A DNA stretch of 64,000 nucleotides from Longimicrobiales bacterium. GTDB taxonomy: Bacteria; Gemmatimonadota; Gemmatimonadetes; Longimicrobiales; Gaopeijiaceae. The stretch is from positions 2,528,001-2,592,000 of the forward strand of contig OZ250165.1 in assembly GCA_965238005.1 (NCBI GenBank), given 5' to 3'. Below are positions 9,113 through 19,230 of the stretch, piece by piece. Every line of letters begins with the position of its first letter. Positions within the stretch are counted from its first letter, which is position 1. Position numbers and translations under genes: made by a program. Below the pieces are notes generated by a model. That model saw nothing but the letters and a program-made list of their open reading frames with translations. It did not search any database and was not told the DNA's origin.

Positions 9113-9904
9113 TCAGCCCGGAGGCTCGTGATCCGAGTCCCGTAGGGACACAGGCGGGCCCAGGACCTCGGCCAGGATCACGGCCTGCCGGATGCTCTCA
9201 CGACCTCCGTGTGTCAAGGTCCGGCGTACACTTCGCCCTTTCCGGGGCTTTCGAGAAACCCGACCCGGGTCTTCATCCGGGCCCGGCTCGCCTACGGCCT
9301 CGGCCGGCTCCGCCATCCCCCGCGAAATAGCCCGCTCGGGCACAGGCGGGGCGGAACGAGTGACCGCTCTTTCTTCGGTGCGGGCAAGCCGGTCGTCGTC
9401 CCAGATGAGAGGCTCGGCTCCCGCGCCGGGCGCCGTCGGGTACGCCGGGTCCTCCTCCGAGGCCCACTCCACGTGACGGTGATCCTCCACGTGCTGATGC
9501 TCGGGCCTCAGAGAGGTCTCCTCAGGCTCGGGCGCCCTCGCAGGCGCGGTGCGCTCGAACCCGGACGGAGTCCCACGGGGAGCGGGATCACCGTACGCCG
9601 GACGACCCTCGGCCCCGGGAACCCGCCTGGGGGGTAACGGCCTCGAAGCCGAGGGAGGGCCTCCCCTGGCCAGGGCGGCGATCTCCTCCCAGAGCTCGTC
9701 GGGGACCATCCCCTCGGACGTCTGCCCTCTGGACTCCCGCTCGGCCTTCATCGACTGGTGCTCACCTACGTCCAGAGCGCCCTCCCCTCGCCCAACCGTG
9801 CCGCGGCGCTGGGCCTCCTGGCGCTTCTTCCGGGCCGCACTGTCCATCATCGCGATGATGATGAAGAACGCGATGACCAAAATCTGGATCAGGCCTTCGT
9901 CCAT
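9113..9904 (-). CDS. Membrane-anchored hypothetical protein (YqfB-like third gene of the flotillin operon)
   Basis: N-terminal TM helix, low-complexity middle and C-terminal RQAVILAEVLGPP; directly downstream of floA. Confidence 0.65.
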   Translation of the reverse strand: MDEGLIQILVIAFFIIIAMMDSAARKKRQEAQRRGTVGRGEGALDVGEHQSMKAERESRGQTSEGMVPDELWEEIAALARGGPPSASRPLPPRRVPGAEGRPAYGDPAPRGTPSGFERTAPARAPEPEETSLRPEHQHVEDHRHVEWASEEDPAYPTAPGAGAEPLIWDDDRLARTEERAVTRSAPPVPERAISRGMAEPAEAVGEPGPDEDPGRVSRKPRKGRSVRRTLTHGGRESIRQAVILAEVLGPPVSLRDSDHEPPG

Positions 9905-9937
9905 GAGAGCGTCCTCGAGAGAGTCTGGAGAGCCGCG

Positions 9938-10927
9938 CTAGGCCAACGGCTCGCTGTCCTCGTCGTCCCCGCCGGCAATGGCTTTCCGCATGGAGGTGTC
10001 GGACTGGATGTTGTCGTAGCGCACATAGTCCATGACGCCCATGTGGCCCTGGCGGAAGGCGTCCGCCAAAGCCAGGGGCACCTGCGCCTCGGCCTTCACC
10101 AGATCCGCCCGCATCTCCTGGACCTTGGCCTTCATCTCCTGCTCGAGGGCCACGGCCATGGCCCGCCGCTCCTCAGCCCGGGCCTGGGCGACCCTCTTGT
10201 CGGCGTCGGCCTGATGGGTTTGGAGGTCGGCCCCGATGTTCTTGCCGACGTCCACGTCGGCGATGTCGATGGAGAGGATCTCGAAGGCGGTTCCCGAGTC
10301 GAGTCCCTTGGCCAGCACCGTCTTGGAGATGTCGTCCGGGTTCTCGAGAACTTCCTTGTGGGAGTCGGCGGAGCCGATGGACGACACGATGCCCTCACCC
10401 ACGCGAGCGAGGATGGTGTCCTCGCCGGCGCCACCCACCAGCCGGTTGATGTTGGCCCGAACGGTGACCCGGGCCTGGGCGATGAGCTGGATGCCGTCCT
10501 TGGCCATGGCCGCCACCTTGGGCGTGTTGATCACCTTGGGGTTCACCGAGACCTGCACGGCCTCGAAGACGTCCCGGCCGGCGAGGTCGATGGCGGCGGC
10601 CTGCTGGAACCCCATCTCGATGTTCGCCTTGTCGGCGCTGATGAGGGCCCGGACGACGCGATCGACCTGCCCTCCCGCCAGGTAGTGGGCCTCCAGGTCG
10701 TCGACGTTGAGCGGAATACCCGCCTTGGTCGCCCAGATCAGGGGGCGCACGACCGCCGGAGGGCTCACCTTGCGAAGGCGCATCCCCACCAGGTAGCCGA
10801 TGCTCAGCCTCACGCCGGCCGAGATCGCCTCGATCCACAGGCGCACGGGCACGGCCCAGGCGACGATGGAGATGAAAATGACCGCCCCGAAGAGGACGAA
10901 CAGGCTGAAGATGTCGAGCTGCTGCAT
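9938..10927 (-). CDS. floA: Flotillin-like protein FloA (YqfA, UPF0365)
   Basis: [59 protein letters not shown]. Confidence 0.95.
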   Translation of the reverse strand: MQQLDIFSLFVLFGAVIFISIVAWAVPVRLWIEAISAGVRLSIGYLVGMRLRKVSPPAVVRPLIWATKAGIPLNVDDLEAHYLAGGQVDRVVRALISADKANIEMGFQQAAAIDLAGRDVFEAVQVSVNPKVINTPKVAAMAKDGIQLIAQARVTVRANINRLVGGAGEDTILARVGEGIVSSIGSADSHKEVLENPDDISKTVLAKGLDSGTAFEILSIDIADVDVGKNIGADLQTHQADADKRVAQARAEERRAMAVALEQEMKAKVQEMRADLVKAEAQVPLALADAFRQGHMGVMDYVRYDNIQSDTSMRKAIAGGDDEDSEPLA

Positions 10928-10951
10928 CGAACGATCCTTTCAGTGAACCCG

Positions 10952-10983
10952 GGCGGCCGGCGGGTCGCGCCCCGCCGGCCGCC
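10952..10983. other. Intercistronic 13-bp GC stem-loop between nfeD and floA
   Basis: GGCGGCCGGCGGG-N6-CCCGCCGGCCGCC with no U-tract; more likely an mRNA stability or processing hairpin than a terminator. Confidence 0.5.
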
Positions 10984-11002
10984 TCAGGGTCGTGTCCTTG
11001 CG

Positions 11003-12370
11003 TTATTCTTCCTCGGCGGCCACGGGTCGGACCTGATCGGCCACGGGTCGGACGACGTGACGGTATCCCTCCGCGGCCACGATGCGCACCGGCGTCCCCT
11101 GCTCGATCCACTCCGACTCCGAGACGACATCGATGCGCTCATCGTCGAACAGTCCGACCCCCGAGGGCCTCAGATCCGTAATGGCGACACCCTCCCGATC
11201 GACGAGCTCAGGACGCGTCTCGGCCGACTCGTACCCGATGGCCTTGTCCGTCCGGGTACCGAGGAAGATCCCCGTGCGGTATAGCCGCGTGCCCTTGGGA
11301 AGGTACCGAAGGAGCGCCCAGGCTGTGACCAGAAGGAGCAGCAGGGTCGTGCTGAGCACCCCCCCTGCCCTGCTGAAGTCCTCCACGGTGGGCAGGCTGC
11401 CCAGGAGGCTCATATAGATCCCCGCCCCCATACCGACGATGCCCAGCAGCCCGAAGAACCCGAAGCCCGGGATGAGCATGACCTCGGCGGCCAGGAACAG
11501 CACGCCGGCGCCGAAGACCAGAAGGTCCTCCCAGCCGGCCAATCCCAGAATCAGGTGAGATCCGAAGAACAGCGACAGCGACAGGAGTCCAGCGGCTCCC
11601 GCGAGTCCCACGGTCGGCGTCTTGATCTCGATGATGAGCCCCAGGAAGCCCAGCGACAGAAGGAAGGGAGCCACCACCGGATGCGAGAAGAAGCGGACGA
11701 GGCGCTCGGCCCAGTTGACCTCCAGGTCCTGCACTGCAGCACCGGAGAGCTCCAGATCGTCCAATAGGGTGTTGAAGTCTTCCGTCTCCCGGGCGTATCC
11801 CAGCCCTACGGCCTCTTCGGTGGTGAGGGTGAGGAGCTTTCCGGCTTCCACCACGTCGGGGATGGCCAGGGATTCGTCCACCATGGCCTCCGCCACCGCT
11901 GGGTCCAGACCTCGGGCTTCGGCCAGGGCGCGCATCTCACTCCGCATGGCGGAGACGATCTTCTCGGAGGCCTTTTTTCCCGCCCCGTCCACCGGGGTGA
12001 CGGCCCCCATCACGGAGCCGGGCCTCATGTAGATGCCCTGAGTAGCCAGAGAGATCAGAGCTCCCGCCGAGAAGGCGCGACGATTCACGAAAGCGTAGAC
12101 CGGAACCTGCGCGTCGGCGATGGCATCCGCGATGCGCTCCGCCGCGTCCACCCGACCACCGGGCGTGTCGATGTCCAACACGATGGCTCGGGCGCCGGCT
12201 GCCTCGGCCTCTCGGATGGCGCGCTCGATGAAGGGCGCGAGCCCGAGCTCGATGATCCCGCTCACGGGCACCCGGAAGACGGCGCCCCCCGCCTGGCCGA
12301 GGGCCATCGAGGGGAAGCCCAGCACCCCCCCGAGCACCACGGCCGCAATGGTGCGGATTATCCGCGACAT
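11003..12370 (-). CDS. nfeD: NfeD-family membrane-bound serine protease (ClpP-like N-terminal domain, TM region, OB fold)
   Basis: DIDTPGGRVD, AFSAGALI, SEKIVS and C-terminal TDLRPSG...DVVSE; upstream of floA. Confidence 0.9.
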   Translation of the reverse strand: MSRIIRTIAAVVLGGVLGFPSMALGQAGGAVFRVPVSGIIELGLAPFIERAIREAEAAGARAIVLDIDTPGGRVDAAERIADAIADAQVPVYAFVNRRAFSAGALISLATQGIYMRPGSVMGAVTPVDGAGKKASEKIVSAMRSEMRALAEARGLDPAVAEAMVDESLAIPDVVEAGKLLTLTTEEAVGLGYARETEDFNTLLDDLELSGAAVQDLEVNWAERLVRFFSHPVVAPFLLSLGFLGLIIEIKTPTVGLAGAAGLLSLSLFFGSHLILGLAGWEDLLVFGAGVLFLAAEVMLIPGFGFFGLLGIVGMGAGIYMSLLGSLPTVEDFSRAGGVLSTTLLLLLVTAWALLRYLPKGTRLYRTGIFLGTRTDKAIGYESAETRPELVDREGVAITDLRPSGVGLFDDERIDVVSESEWIEQGTPVRIVAAEGYRHVVRPVADQVRPVAAEEE

Positions 12371-12431
12371 GTCTCTTCTCCCCCGGAGCTTTGCGCTTCC
12401 CCCGGAGCTATGGGCTCTGACGGACACACTT

Positions 12432-12460
12432 AACGTACGACGGGAAGCCTGCTCTCACAA
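12432..12460 (-). promoter_or_regulatory. Candidate sigma70 promoter of the nfeD-floA operon
   Basis: TTGTGA-N17-TACGTT on the minus strand, about 60 bp upstream of the nfeD ATG. Confidence 0.45.
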
Positions 12461-12523
12461 AGCAGAGCCAACCCCCCCCCCCGAGTACTGAGGAGGCGGG
12501 CTCGTCGACCACGGCGGCTACCG

Positions 12524-13261
12524 CTAGTCGGGCGGCTCTACCCCCAGGAGGAGGCAAGCGTAGTATGACCCGCGGATCGCCCGGGCGTAATCACCGTCGT
12601 GGATCGCTTCTCGAGCCACGTCGATGAGCCGCTCTGCCCGCCCCTGCATCTGCTCCGAGTACGGGTCATCGGCGGAAATCCTTCTCATCCCCCCCTCGGC
12701 AGATGCCAGCAGCTGAGCGGCCACGTGGGGTGGAGTCACTTCCAGGAGATAGTCGGAGGCCCGGAGGGCCGCAGCGAGAGACGATGCACCTTCGCGCTCC
12801 TCCGCCAGGATCCATGCCCTCGTCAACATCTCACGAGCCGAATCCAGACTGCGACTCAGCCGCTCCGGCATACCGATGGCGGAGAGTTGGTCGACCCGGG
12901 CCAGGGTCGAATCCATGTCGACCAGGAGCTTCTGCAAGGCGCCTTCGCGGAGGCGTCCGAAGAGACCCGGCACCGCGTCGTCGTAAACCAGGGCGCGTAG
13001 CGCCCTTCCCTCCCGCGCTGGTAACTCCCAGGAGTCCTCCCACCGCGTAACCGGTACCTCGTCGAGAATGCCTCCGGATTCGACCCATACGTCCGTGAGG
13101 CGGGGCACGGCCCCGCCGAAGTCGAGAGCGGCACGGGTCTCCCGCGCCATGAGGGCCGCCATGGGATCGGACACCGCGTCGGCGCACGCCCCGGCCACAA
13201 TCATCGCCACCAGAAGAAAGGGTAGCGTTCGGGTACGAGAGGGAATGGAGTCGACTGTCAT
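12524..13261 (-). CDS. Hypothetical helical lipoprotein
   Basis: Hydrophobic stretch ending VAGAC; 245-aa ORF with no recognised family. Start uncertain. Confidence 0.55.
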   Translation of the reverse strand: MTVDSIPSRTRTLPFLLVAMIVAGACADAVSDPMAALMARETRAALDFGGAVPRLTDVWVESGGILDEVPVTRWEDSWELPAREGRALRALVYDDAVPGLFGRLREGALQKLLVDMDSTLARVDQLSAIGMPERLSRSLDSAREMLTRAWILAEEREGASSLAAALRASDYLLEVTPPHVAAQLLASAEGGMRRISADDPYSEQMQGRAERLIDVAREAIHDGDYARAIRGSYYACLLLGVEPPD

Positions 13262-13440
13262 TGTTCCAAGCTATCCAAGACCGGTCATCCGAATCAATTC
13301 TCGGAGCGGCGTCATATCCTCTCGGGCGGCTCGTCACCCGTCCGCCACACCGGGATCGGGATCCGGTTGACCCTCCTCAAAGCCCTGGGTAGCTACTCGT
13401 TCGAACGCTCGTCCGAACTGGATGTTTCCCCAGATATACC

Positions 13441-13692
13441 TTCGACACGGTCAATCCGGCCACGGATGAGTCGATGGCATCCGTGGCCGAGGGCGCGGAA
13501 GCCGACATCGAGCGGGCCGCAGCGGTTCGGGGCGCCACCACGGGCACCTTCGTCACGGCCACCGTCTTCGCGGATGTGGACGCCGACATGCAGATCGCCC
13601 AGGAGGAGATCTTCGGCCGCGACCTCGGGTATCCGGCCGTCCTCGACAAGTGTACCCACACCAAAAGCGTCTGGGTTGCGCTGGATCGGTGA
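13441..13692 (+). pseudogene. Aldehyde dehydrogenase remnant (three segments joined by two large in-frame deletions)
   Basis: FDTVNPATDESMASVAEGAEADIERA | FVTATVFADVDADMQIAQEEIFG | RDLG...THTKSVWV match the N-terminal, middle and C-terminal ALDH motifs within about 83 codons. Confidence 0.8.
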
Positions 13693-13697
13693 GCGGA

Positions 13698-14669
13698 ATG
13701 AAGGCGGCATGGATCATTGATGCCGTGCGCACCCCGATCGGCAGGCACGGGGGCGCGCTGGCCGGCGTCCGGCCCGACGATCTCGCGGCGCACGCCATCC
13801 GTGCGCTCGTGGGCCGGACGGGTGTGGACCCGGCGGAAGTGGACGACGTCCTCATGGGGTGCATCAACCAGGCGGGCGAGGACAACCGCAACGTCGCGCG
13901 CATGGCGCTCCTCCTGGCCGGACTCCCCGTCAGCGTGCCGGGGGTCACGGTCAATCGACTGTGCGGCTCGGGCCTGCAGGCAGTGAACTCGGCCTTTCAG
14001 GCCATCCAGGCGGGTGAAGGAGAGATCTTCGTCGCCGGTGGTGTGGAGAGCATGAGCCGCTCGCCCTTCGTGATGCTCAAGCCCGAGCGCGCGTACGCCA
14101 GAGGGCATCCCCAGACCGCCGACACGGTTCTGGGGTGGCGCTTCACGAACCCGGCCCTGCCCAGCCACTGGACCATCGGCCTCGGCGAGACCGCGGAGGT
14201 GGTGGCCGAGGAGTTCGGCATCGGCCGAGACGAGCAGGACGCCTTCGCCGCCGAAAGTCAGAGGCGGGCGGGAGAGGCCACGGAGGCGGGCCGCTTTGCC
14301 GCCGAGATCGCTCCGGTGGAGCTTCCCCAGCGGAAGGGTGACCCCCTGGTCGTCGACGGGGACGAGCACCCCCGACCCGGCACCACCGTCGAGGATCTTG
14401 CTCGGCTGCATCCGGTGTTCAAGTAGGACGTGGGGGCCGGCGACCTCGACCTGGTCGAGCTCAACGAGGCCTTCGCCGCCCAGGCGCTTCCCTGTGTGAA
14501 GGAGCTCGATCTGGATCCGGCAAGGGTGCACGTGAACGGGGGGGCCATCGCCCTCGGGCATCCCGTGGGTTGCTCTGGAGCCCACATCCTTACAACCCTT
14601 GTGCATGAGATGTCGAGACGCGAGGCCGCAACGGGAATGGCCACGATGTGCATCGGTGTCGGCCAGGGA
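13698..14669 (+). pseudogene. Thiolase (PcaF/PaaJ-like 3-oxoadipyl-CoA thiolase), internally deleted
   Basis: NQAGEDNRNVARMA, TVNRLCGSG, GGVESMSR; stop after LHPVFK; the TAGNAS/NDGA segment is missing; resumes at ELNEAFAAQ...GGAIALGHP...TMCIGVGQG; last codons lost. Confidence 0.85.
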
Positions 14670-15315
14670 CGATCCGGACATCAAGGTGGCCATCATCCAC
14701 GGACAGGGTGACAAAGCCTTCACCGCCGGAGCGGACGTCTCCGAATTCGCGTCACGGACGGCGGCGGAGCAGCGCGAGCTCTACCAGCACCCACGGGTGT
14801 ACGACGTGGCGGCGGCCTTCGCCAAACCCTTGATCGCCGCGATCCACGGATTCTGCGTCGGCGGCGGGTGCGAGCTGGCACTGGCCTGCGACGTCCGGGT
14901 GGCCGACCGGACCACCCGGTTCAGTCAGGCCGAGATCCGCCTTGGCCTAATTCCCGGGGCGGGCGGAACCCAGCGCCTCGCCCGGCTGGTGGGAGCGGGT
15001 CAGGCAATGCGCATCGCCCTCACCGGCGACTTCATCGACGCCGAGGAGGCGTTCCGCATCGGGCTGGTGGAGTTCCTGGTCGACGACGGCCAGCACGTGG
15101 AGAAAGCCCGCGAGCTGGGCAGCCGCATGGCACGCTGGAGCCCCGTGGCCCTGCGCCTGGTCAAGCAGTCCGTAAAGGCCGCCCTCGAGACCCCCCTCTC
15201 CGCCGGGCTGGAATTGGAGCGGGAGCTCTTCCTGTCGGCCTTCGCCAGTGAGGACGGACGCGAGGGCGTGCAGGCATTCGTGGAGAAGCGGAAGCCCGAG
15301 TTCAAGGGCCGATGA
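14661..15315 (+). pseudogene. Enoyl-CoA hydratase (crotonase/PaaF-like) lacking its N-terminus
   Basis: KAFTAGADV, GGGCELALACD, QAEIRLGLIPGAGGTQRL, EGVQAFVEKRKP; no native start, fused to the thiolase end. Confidence 0.8.
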
Positions 15316-15524
15316 AGCCGCGGGCGGTCCGTACGGCCGTGGTCGCCTTCCTGATCGTGGACGGCGTCCTCGGCATGTGGCCCGGCCTGGTGCCCTTCAA
15401 TAGTATCCGCCCGCTCGTCCTGGGCCTTCCGTTCGTCATGGCCTGGCTGACTCTTCTGCTCATCCTGGTCGGGGTGGCCCTCCTGGTGATGGAGCTGGCC
15501 GAGCGACGGGCCGGCGACAGGTAG
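15312..15524 (+). CDS. Small 2-TM accessory protein of an SSS transporter (DUF3311/DUF485-like)
   Basis: 70 aa with a P.VLGLPF..AW motif, immediately upstream of the symporter. Confidence 0.7.
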   Translation: MKPRAVRTAVVAFLIVDGVLGMWPGLVPFNSIRPLVLGLPFVMAWLTLLLILVGVALLVMELAERRAGDR

Positions 15525-15530
15525 GCCCTC

Positions 15531-17012
15531 ATGGAGCGCTGGCAGGTCGTTTCCTCCGTCATCGGCATCTATCTGCTGATCACCCTGATCATCGGGCTCA
15601 GGGCCGGTCGCAGGAGCACCAAGAGCGTCCAGGGGTTCGTAGCCGGGGACCGGAGCTTCGGGCTCCTGGTCTTCTACTTCGTCACCGGCGCGAGCGTCTA
15701 TTCCGCCTTCGCATTCCTGGGTGGGCCCGGATGGGCATACGGAAGAGGCGCCGCGGCGTTCTACATCCTCTCCTACGGCGCTCTGGGGATGGCACCCTGG
15801 TACTGGGTGGGACCGAAGGTGGCGGGTCTCGGTCGACGGTTCGGCTTCGTCACACAGGCCCAGCTCATCGTGGGGCGCTTTCCGTCCCGGGGACTGTCGG
15901 TCCTGATCGCGTCCCTCACCCTCATAGCCTTCGTGCCCTACATCACGCTCCAGATGCGCGGCGCCGGGATCGTCATCGAGGCGGTGACGGAGGGGCACGT
16001 GCCGCTGGCCCTGGGGGCGGCTCTGGCCTACGCCATCGTCATCATCTACGTGCTGGGAAGCGGGATGATGGCCGTGGGGTGGACCAACACCTTCCAGGGT
16101 GTGTTCATGCTGATCATCGCCTGGACCCTGGGACTCTACCTGCCCTTCCACCTCTACGGGGGTGTGGGCGCCATGTTCGAACGCATCGCCGCGGAGCGGC
16201 CGGAGCTCCTCACCGTGCCGGGCCTAACGGCCGGAGGTGAAGCCTGGACCTGGGGCGGATATTCGACGGCCATTCTCGTGAGCGTCATCGGCCTCCAGAT
16301 GTGGCCTCACCTGTTCATGAAGGCGTTCACGGCCCGGGACGATGACATCATCCGGAAGACGGCCATCCTCTTCCCCACCTTCCAGCTCTTCCTGGTTCCC
16401 GTCTTCCTCATCGGCTTCGCCGGCGTGCTCTTTCCCGAGCGTCCCCCCACCGACGACTTCATCCTGCCGTTCATGGTGCTGAGAACCGACCTACCCGCCC
16501 TCGTGGTGGGGCTGTTCTGCGCCGGGGCGCTGTCCGCATCCATGAGCACGGGAGACGCGCTCCTGCACGGAGCGGCGTCGGTGGCGGTGGAGGACGGGGT
16601 GCGCCCGTTCGTACCCCTGACCGATGCGCAGCAGCGACTCCTCATGCGCGTCTTGATCGTTGCGGTGGGCGCGGTGGCATACGTTTTCGCACTCGACGAC
16701 CAGGGCTCTCTGGTCGGGCTACTCCTGGGCTCGTACGGCATCATCTGCCAGCTGGCCCCCACCGTGCTTGCCGCCCTCTACTGGCGGCGGGCCACTACGA
16801 CCGGGGCCCTGCTGGGGCTCCTGGCGGGGTCGGCCACGGCCGTATTCTTCTTCGTGAACGGGTCCCTGAGACCTCTGGACCTGCACGAGGGGATCCTGGG
16901 ATTGTTGGTCCACGTGCCCACGCTGATTCTTGTGAGTCTGGCCACCGCGCCGCAGGATGGAGAGCACACTTTCGAGTTCGTCGAAGGCCCACCCCTGGAG
17001 TCATCCTCATGA
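15531..17012 (+). CDS. Sodium:solute symporter family protein
   Basis: SAFAFLGGPGWAY, GMMAVGWTN..QG, ALSASMST; many TM helices. Confidence 0.9.
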   Translation: MERWQVVSSVIGIYLLITLIIGLRAGRRSTKSVQGFVAGDRSFGLLVFYFVTGASVYSAFAFLGGPGWAYGRGAAAFYILSYGALGMAPWYWVGPKVAGLGRRFGFVTQAQLIVGRFPSRGLSVLIASLTLIAFVPYITLQMRGAGIVIEAVTEGHVPLALGAALAYAIVIIYVLGSGMMAVGWTNTFQGVFMLIIAWTLGLYLPFHLYGGVGAMFERIAAERPELLTVPGLTAGGEAWTWGGYSTAILVSVIGLQMWPHLFMKAFTARDDDIIRKTAILFPTFQLFLVPVFLIGFAGVLFPERPPTDDFILPFMVLRTDLPALVVGLFCAGALSASMSTGDALLHGAASVAVEDGVRPFVPLTDAQQRLLMRVLIVAVGAVAYVFALDDQGSLVGLLLGSYGIICQLAPTVLAALYWRRATTTGALLGLLAGSATAVFFFVNGSLRPLDLHEGILGLLVHVPTLILVSLATAPQDGEHTFEFVEGPPLESSS

Positions 17013-17320
17013 GCGACGACACGTCACATGGAGACGGCGATCCGGCGCCCCATGCCGAGCTGGACGAGCTGCGGGACCGCATCATGGAGCTGGACGACGA
17101 GATCATCCGGTTTATCGGCGAGCGCCGCACGCTCGCCGTGGAGATCGGTCGTGTGAAGCAGGAGCTGGGTCTTCCGGTACTGGATCCTGCCCGCGAAGCT
17201 CGGGTCGTGCGCCGCGTCGCGGAGAGGGCTCGGAAGCTGGGCGTGGATCCGGAGCTCGCCCGGGACGTGATCTGGCGGATCATCTCGGCCGCCCGCCAAG
17301 CCCAGAGTGGAGAGCCTTAG
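17009..17320 (+). CDS. Chorismate mutase, AroQ (type II)
   Basis: LDELRDRI.ELD...ER...EIGRVK...PVLDPARE; ATGA overlap with the symporter. Confidence 0.88.
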   Translation: MSDDTSHGDGDPAPHAELDELRDRIMELDDEIIRFIGERRTLAVEIGRVKQELGLPVLDPAREARVVRRVAERARKLGVDPELARDVIWRIISAARQAQSGEP

Positions 17321-17347
17321 CCCACGAGCCTCACTAGCCCGCAGGCG

Positions 17348-18346
17348 TCAGTCGTCGGCGCGGCGGACACGGCGATCGGTCATCCCCAGGGTCGCCACTA
17401 CCTGATTGGCGGCGCCGACGGGGACCCGGAGGGGATACGCCGCGCCCGGAGGCGTCACGCCCCGGATGAGCTGAGGGTTCAGCTCGTACATGCGCTCCGC
17501 CGACACACTCACAGACTCCGCGACATGCCGGAGTCCCGTTCCCCCCGGCGTCCAGACGATATCGTAGACATACGGCTCCGCGCGGGTGACCTCGAAGCCG
17601 TACTTCGAAGCGTGGCGGGCCAGATAGGTGGCCGCCAGGAGCTTCGGCACGTATTGGGCCGTCTCGGGTGGTAGGTGGTCCACGATCTCCCAGTACAGGC
17701 TCTCGTCCCCGACCCGCCCACCGGCATGCCGGTTGAGCGTGCGGGACACACGGGTCGGACCCGCGTTGTATGCCGCAGCCGCCAGGTACCAGGAGCCGTA
17801 GCGCTGGTGCAGCTCGTTCAGGTAGTCCAGCGCCGCGTCGGTGGCCCGCACCGGGTCGCGTCGCTCGTCCACGTACGAGTCGATCCGGAGCCCGTACGCC
17901 CGGGCCGTGGGGCTCATGAACTGCCAGACTCCTAGCGCGGAAACGTAGGATCGAGCACTCGGAACGAACCCGGACTCGATCATGGCCACGTAGATCAGCT
18001 CCTCGGGCATGCCTCGCTCGCGGAGCTTGGCCGTGATCATGTCCGAGTAGAGACCCTCCCTCGAGAGAAGCTCCTCGAAGGCCGACCTCTCCTCGGTGAC
18101 GAACCGCCGCGTCCAGAACTCGACGCGCTCGTTCACCTGCAGCGGCAACTGGGCCGATGCCAGCTCCCGCTCCATGTCGGCCAGTACGACTGGAACGACT
18201 TCGTCGCTTAACCAGCCGGAGTCGGTGGGCGGGTCATCGCCGTCGGTCACTGCCCAGCCGGCCGCTAGGAACGCCAGCGACAAGGCCAGCGCCACACCAC
18301 GGACGACTCGCCGCGGCCATCTATCGTATTTCTTCATGGAGTACAT
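17348..18346 (-). CDS. Lytic transglycosylase (SLT domain, MltD-like)
   Basis: AMIESGF, GVWQFM..TAR.YGL, DERRDP, AAAAYNAG, LPPET..YVPKL. Confidence 0.9.
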   Translation of the reverse strand: MYSMKKYDRWPRRVVRGVALALSLAFLAAGWAVTDGDDPPTDSGWLSDEVVPVVLADMERELASAQLPLQVNERVEFWTRRFVTEERSAFEELLSREGLYSDMITAKLRERGMPEELIYVAMIESGFVPSARSYVSALGVWQFMSPTARAYGLRIDSYVDERRDPVRATDAALDYLNELHQRYGSWYLAAAAYNAGPTRVSRTLNRHAGGRVGDESLYWEIVDHLPPETAQYVPKLLAATYLARHASKYGFEVTRAEPYVYDIVWTPGGTGLRHVAESVSVSAERMYELNPQLIRGVTPPGAAYPLRVPVGAANQVVATLGMTDRRVRRADD

Positions 18347-18475
18347 GTACCCTCCCTATTTCTTCCCTCGCACCCCTTACGGAGCGATGCCCAAGAAAGA
18401 TCCACTCCCGCCCATCCGAACCGGGTAATCGTCAGAAAAGATCCGAATTCTTTGTCTTTCGATGCGGGTGTCGGG

Positions 18476-18519
18476 CATAAAGGAAGTCCGCTCCGCAGGC
18501 AGCCCCTGCGGAGCGGACT
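18476..18519 (-). terminator. Intrinsic terminator after rpmA
   Basis: 15-bp perfect stem (18485-18499 / 18505-18519) followed on the minus strand by TCCTTTAT. Confidence 0.65.
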
Positions 18520-18539
18520 CGATAATTTTCTGCTCGGGA

Positions 18540-18794
18540 CTACTCGCCGGGGTAGACCGAAACCGCCTTACGTCGACGGTAAGTCTCGAACGTCACCACA
18601 CCATCAGCAGTGGCGAACAAAGTGTCGTCTCTTCCGCGAGAAACGTTACGGCCCGGGTGGAAACGCGTCCCACGCTGGCGAACGATGATGCTGCCAGCGC
18701 TGACCCATTGTCCGCCGAATCGCTTTACGCCGAGCCGCTTCGAATTGCTGTCGCGGCCGTTCCGGCTCGAGCCTACGCCCTTCTTATGTGCCAT
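18540..18794 (-). CDS. rpmA: 50S ribosomal protein L27
   Basis: [24 protein letters not shown]. Confidence 0.99.
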   Translation of the reverse strand: MAHKKGVGSSRNGRDSNSKRLGVKRFGGQWVSAGSIIVRQRGTRFHPGRNVSRGRDDTLFATADGVVTFETYRRRKAVSVYPGE

Positions 18795-18832
18795 GAGATG
18801 TCCCTCGGAGAATCGCCCCGGGTGTCGGTTCG

Positions 18833-19144
18833 CTAAAGCTCGATGTCGGCGATCCGAATCTCGGTGAACTTCTGCCGATGTCCCTGCTTCCTGCGGTAGC
18901 CTTTCCTGCGTTTCCGCTTGAATACGATGATCTTCTTGTCCCTGCCGTGACGGAGCACCTCGGCGGTCACCTTGGCGCCACCTACGGTGGGCTGACCAAC
19001 GGATACCGCATCGCCGTCCGAGGTTAGCAGAACCTCGTCGAAGGAGATGGTGCTTCCCTCCTCCGCCTCCAGGGAAGGAATCCGGAGCTTTACGCCCGGT
19101 TCCGCCCGGAACTGCTTACCACCCGTCTGAAAAACCGCGTACAT
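18833..19144 (-). CDS. rplU: 50S ribosomal protein L21
   Basis: [13 protein letters not shown]...[14 protein letters not shown]. Confidence 0.98.
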   Translation of the reverse strand: MYAVFQTGGKQFRAEPGVKLRIPSLEAEEGSTISFDEVLLTSDGDAVSVGQPTVGGAKVTAEVLRHGRDKKIIVFKRKRRKGYRRKQGHRQKFTEIRIADIEL

Positions 19145-19230
19145 GCTGTACCTCGATGGCGGTGCGAACTCGTCCAATACAGCCTAAAAAGCTCATGGAA
19201 GTCCGGAGTCGGGTCAAGACGTGGCGACAC

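Noticed and set aside
9758..11284. Long antisense ORFs (also 19405-20925, 32303-33754, 34048-35385, 55047-56432)
   Set aside because: Shadow ORFs opposite well-supported genes, expected from high-GC codon bias.
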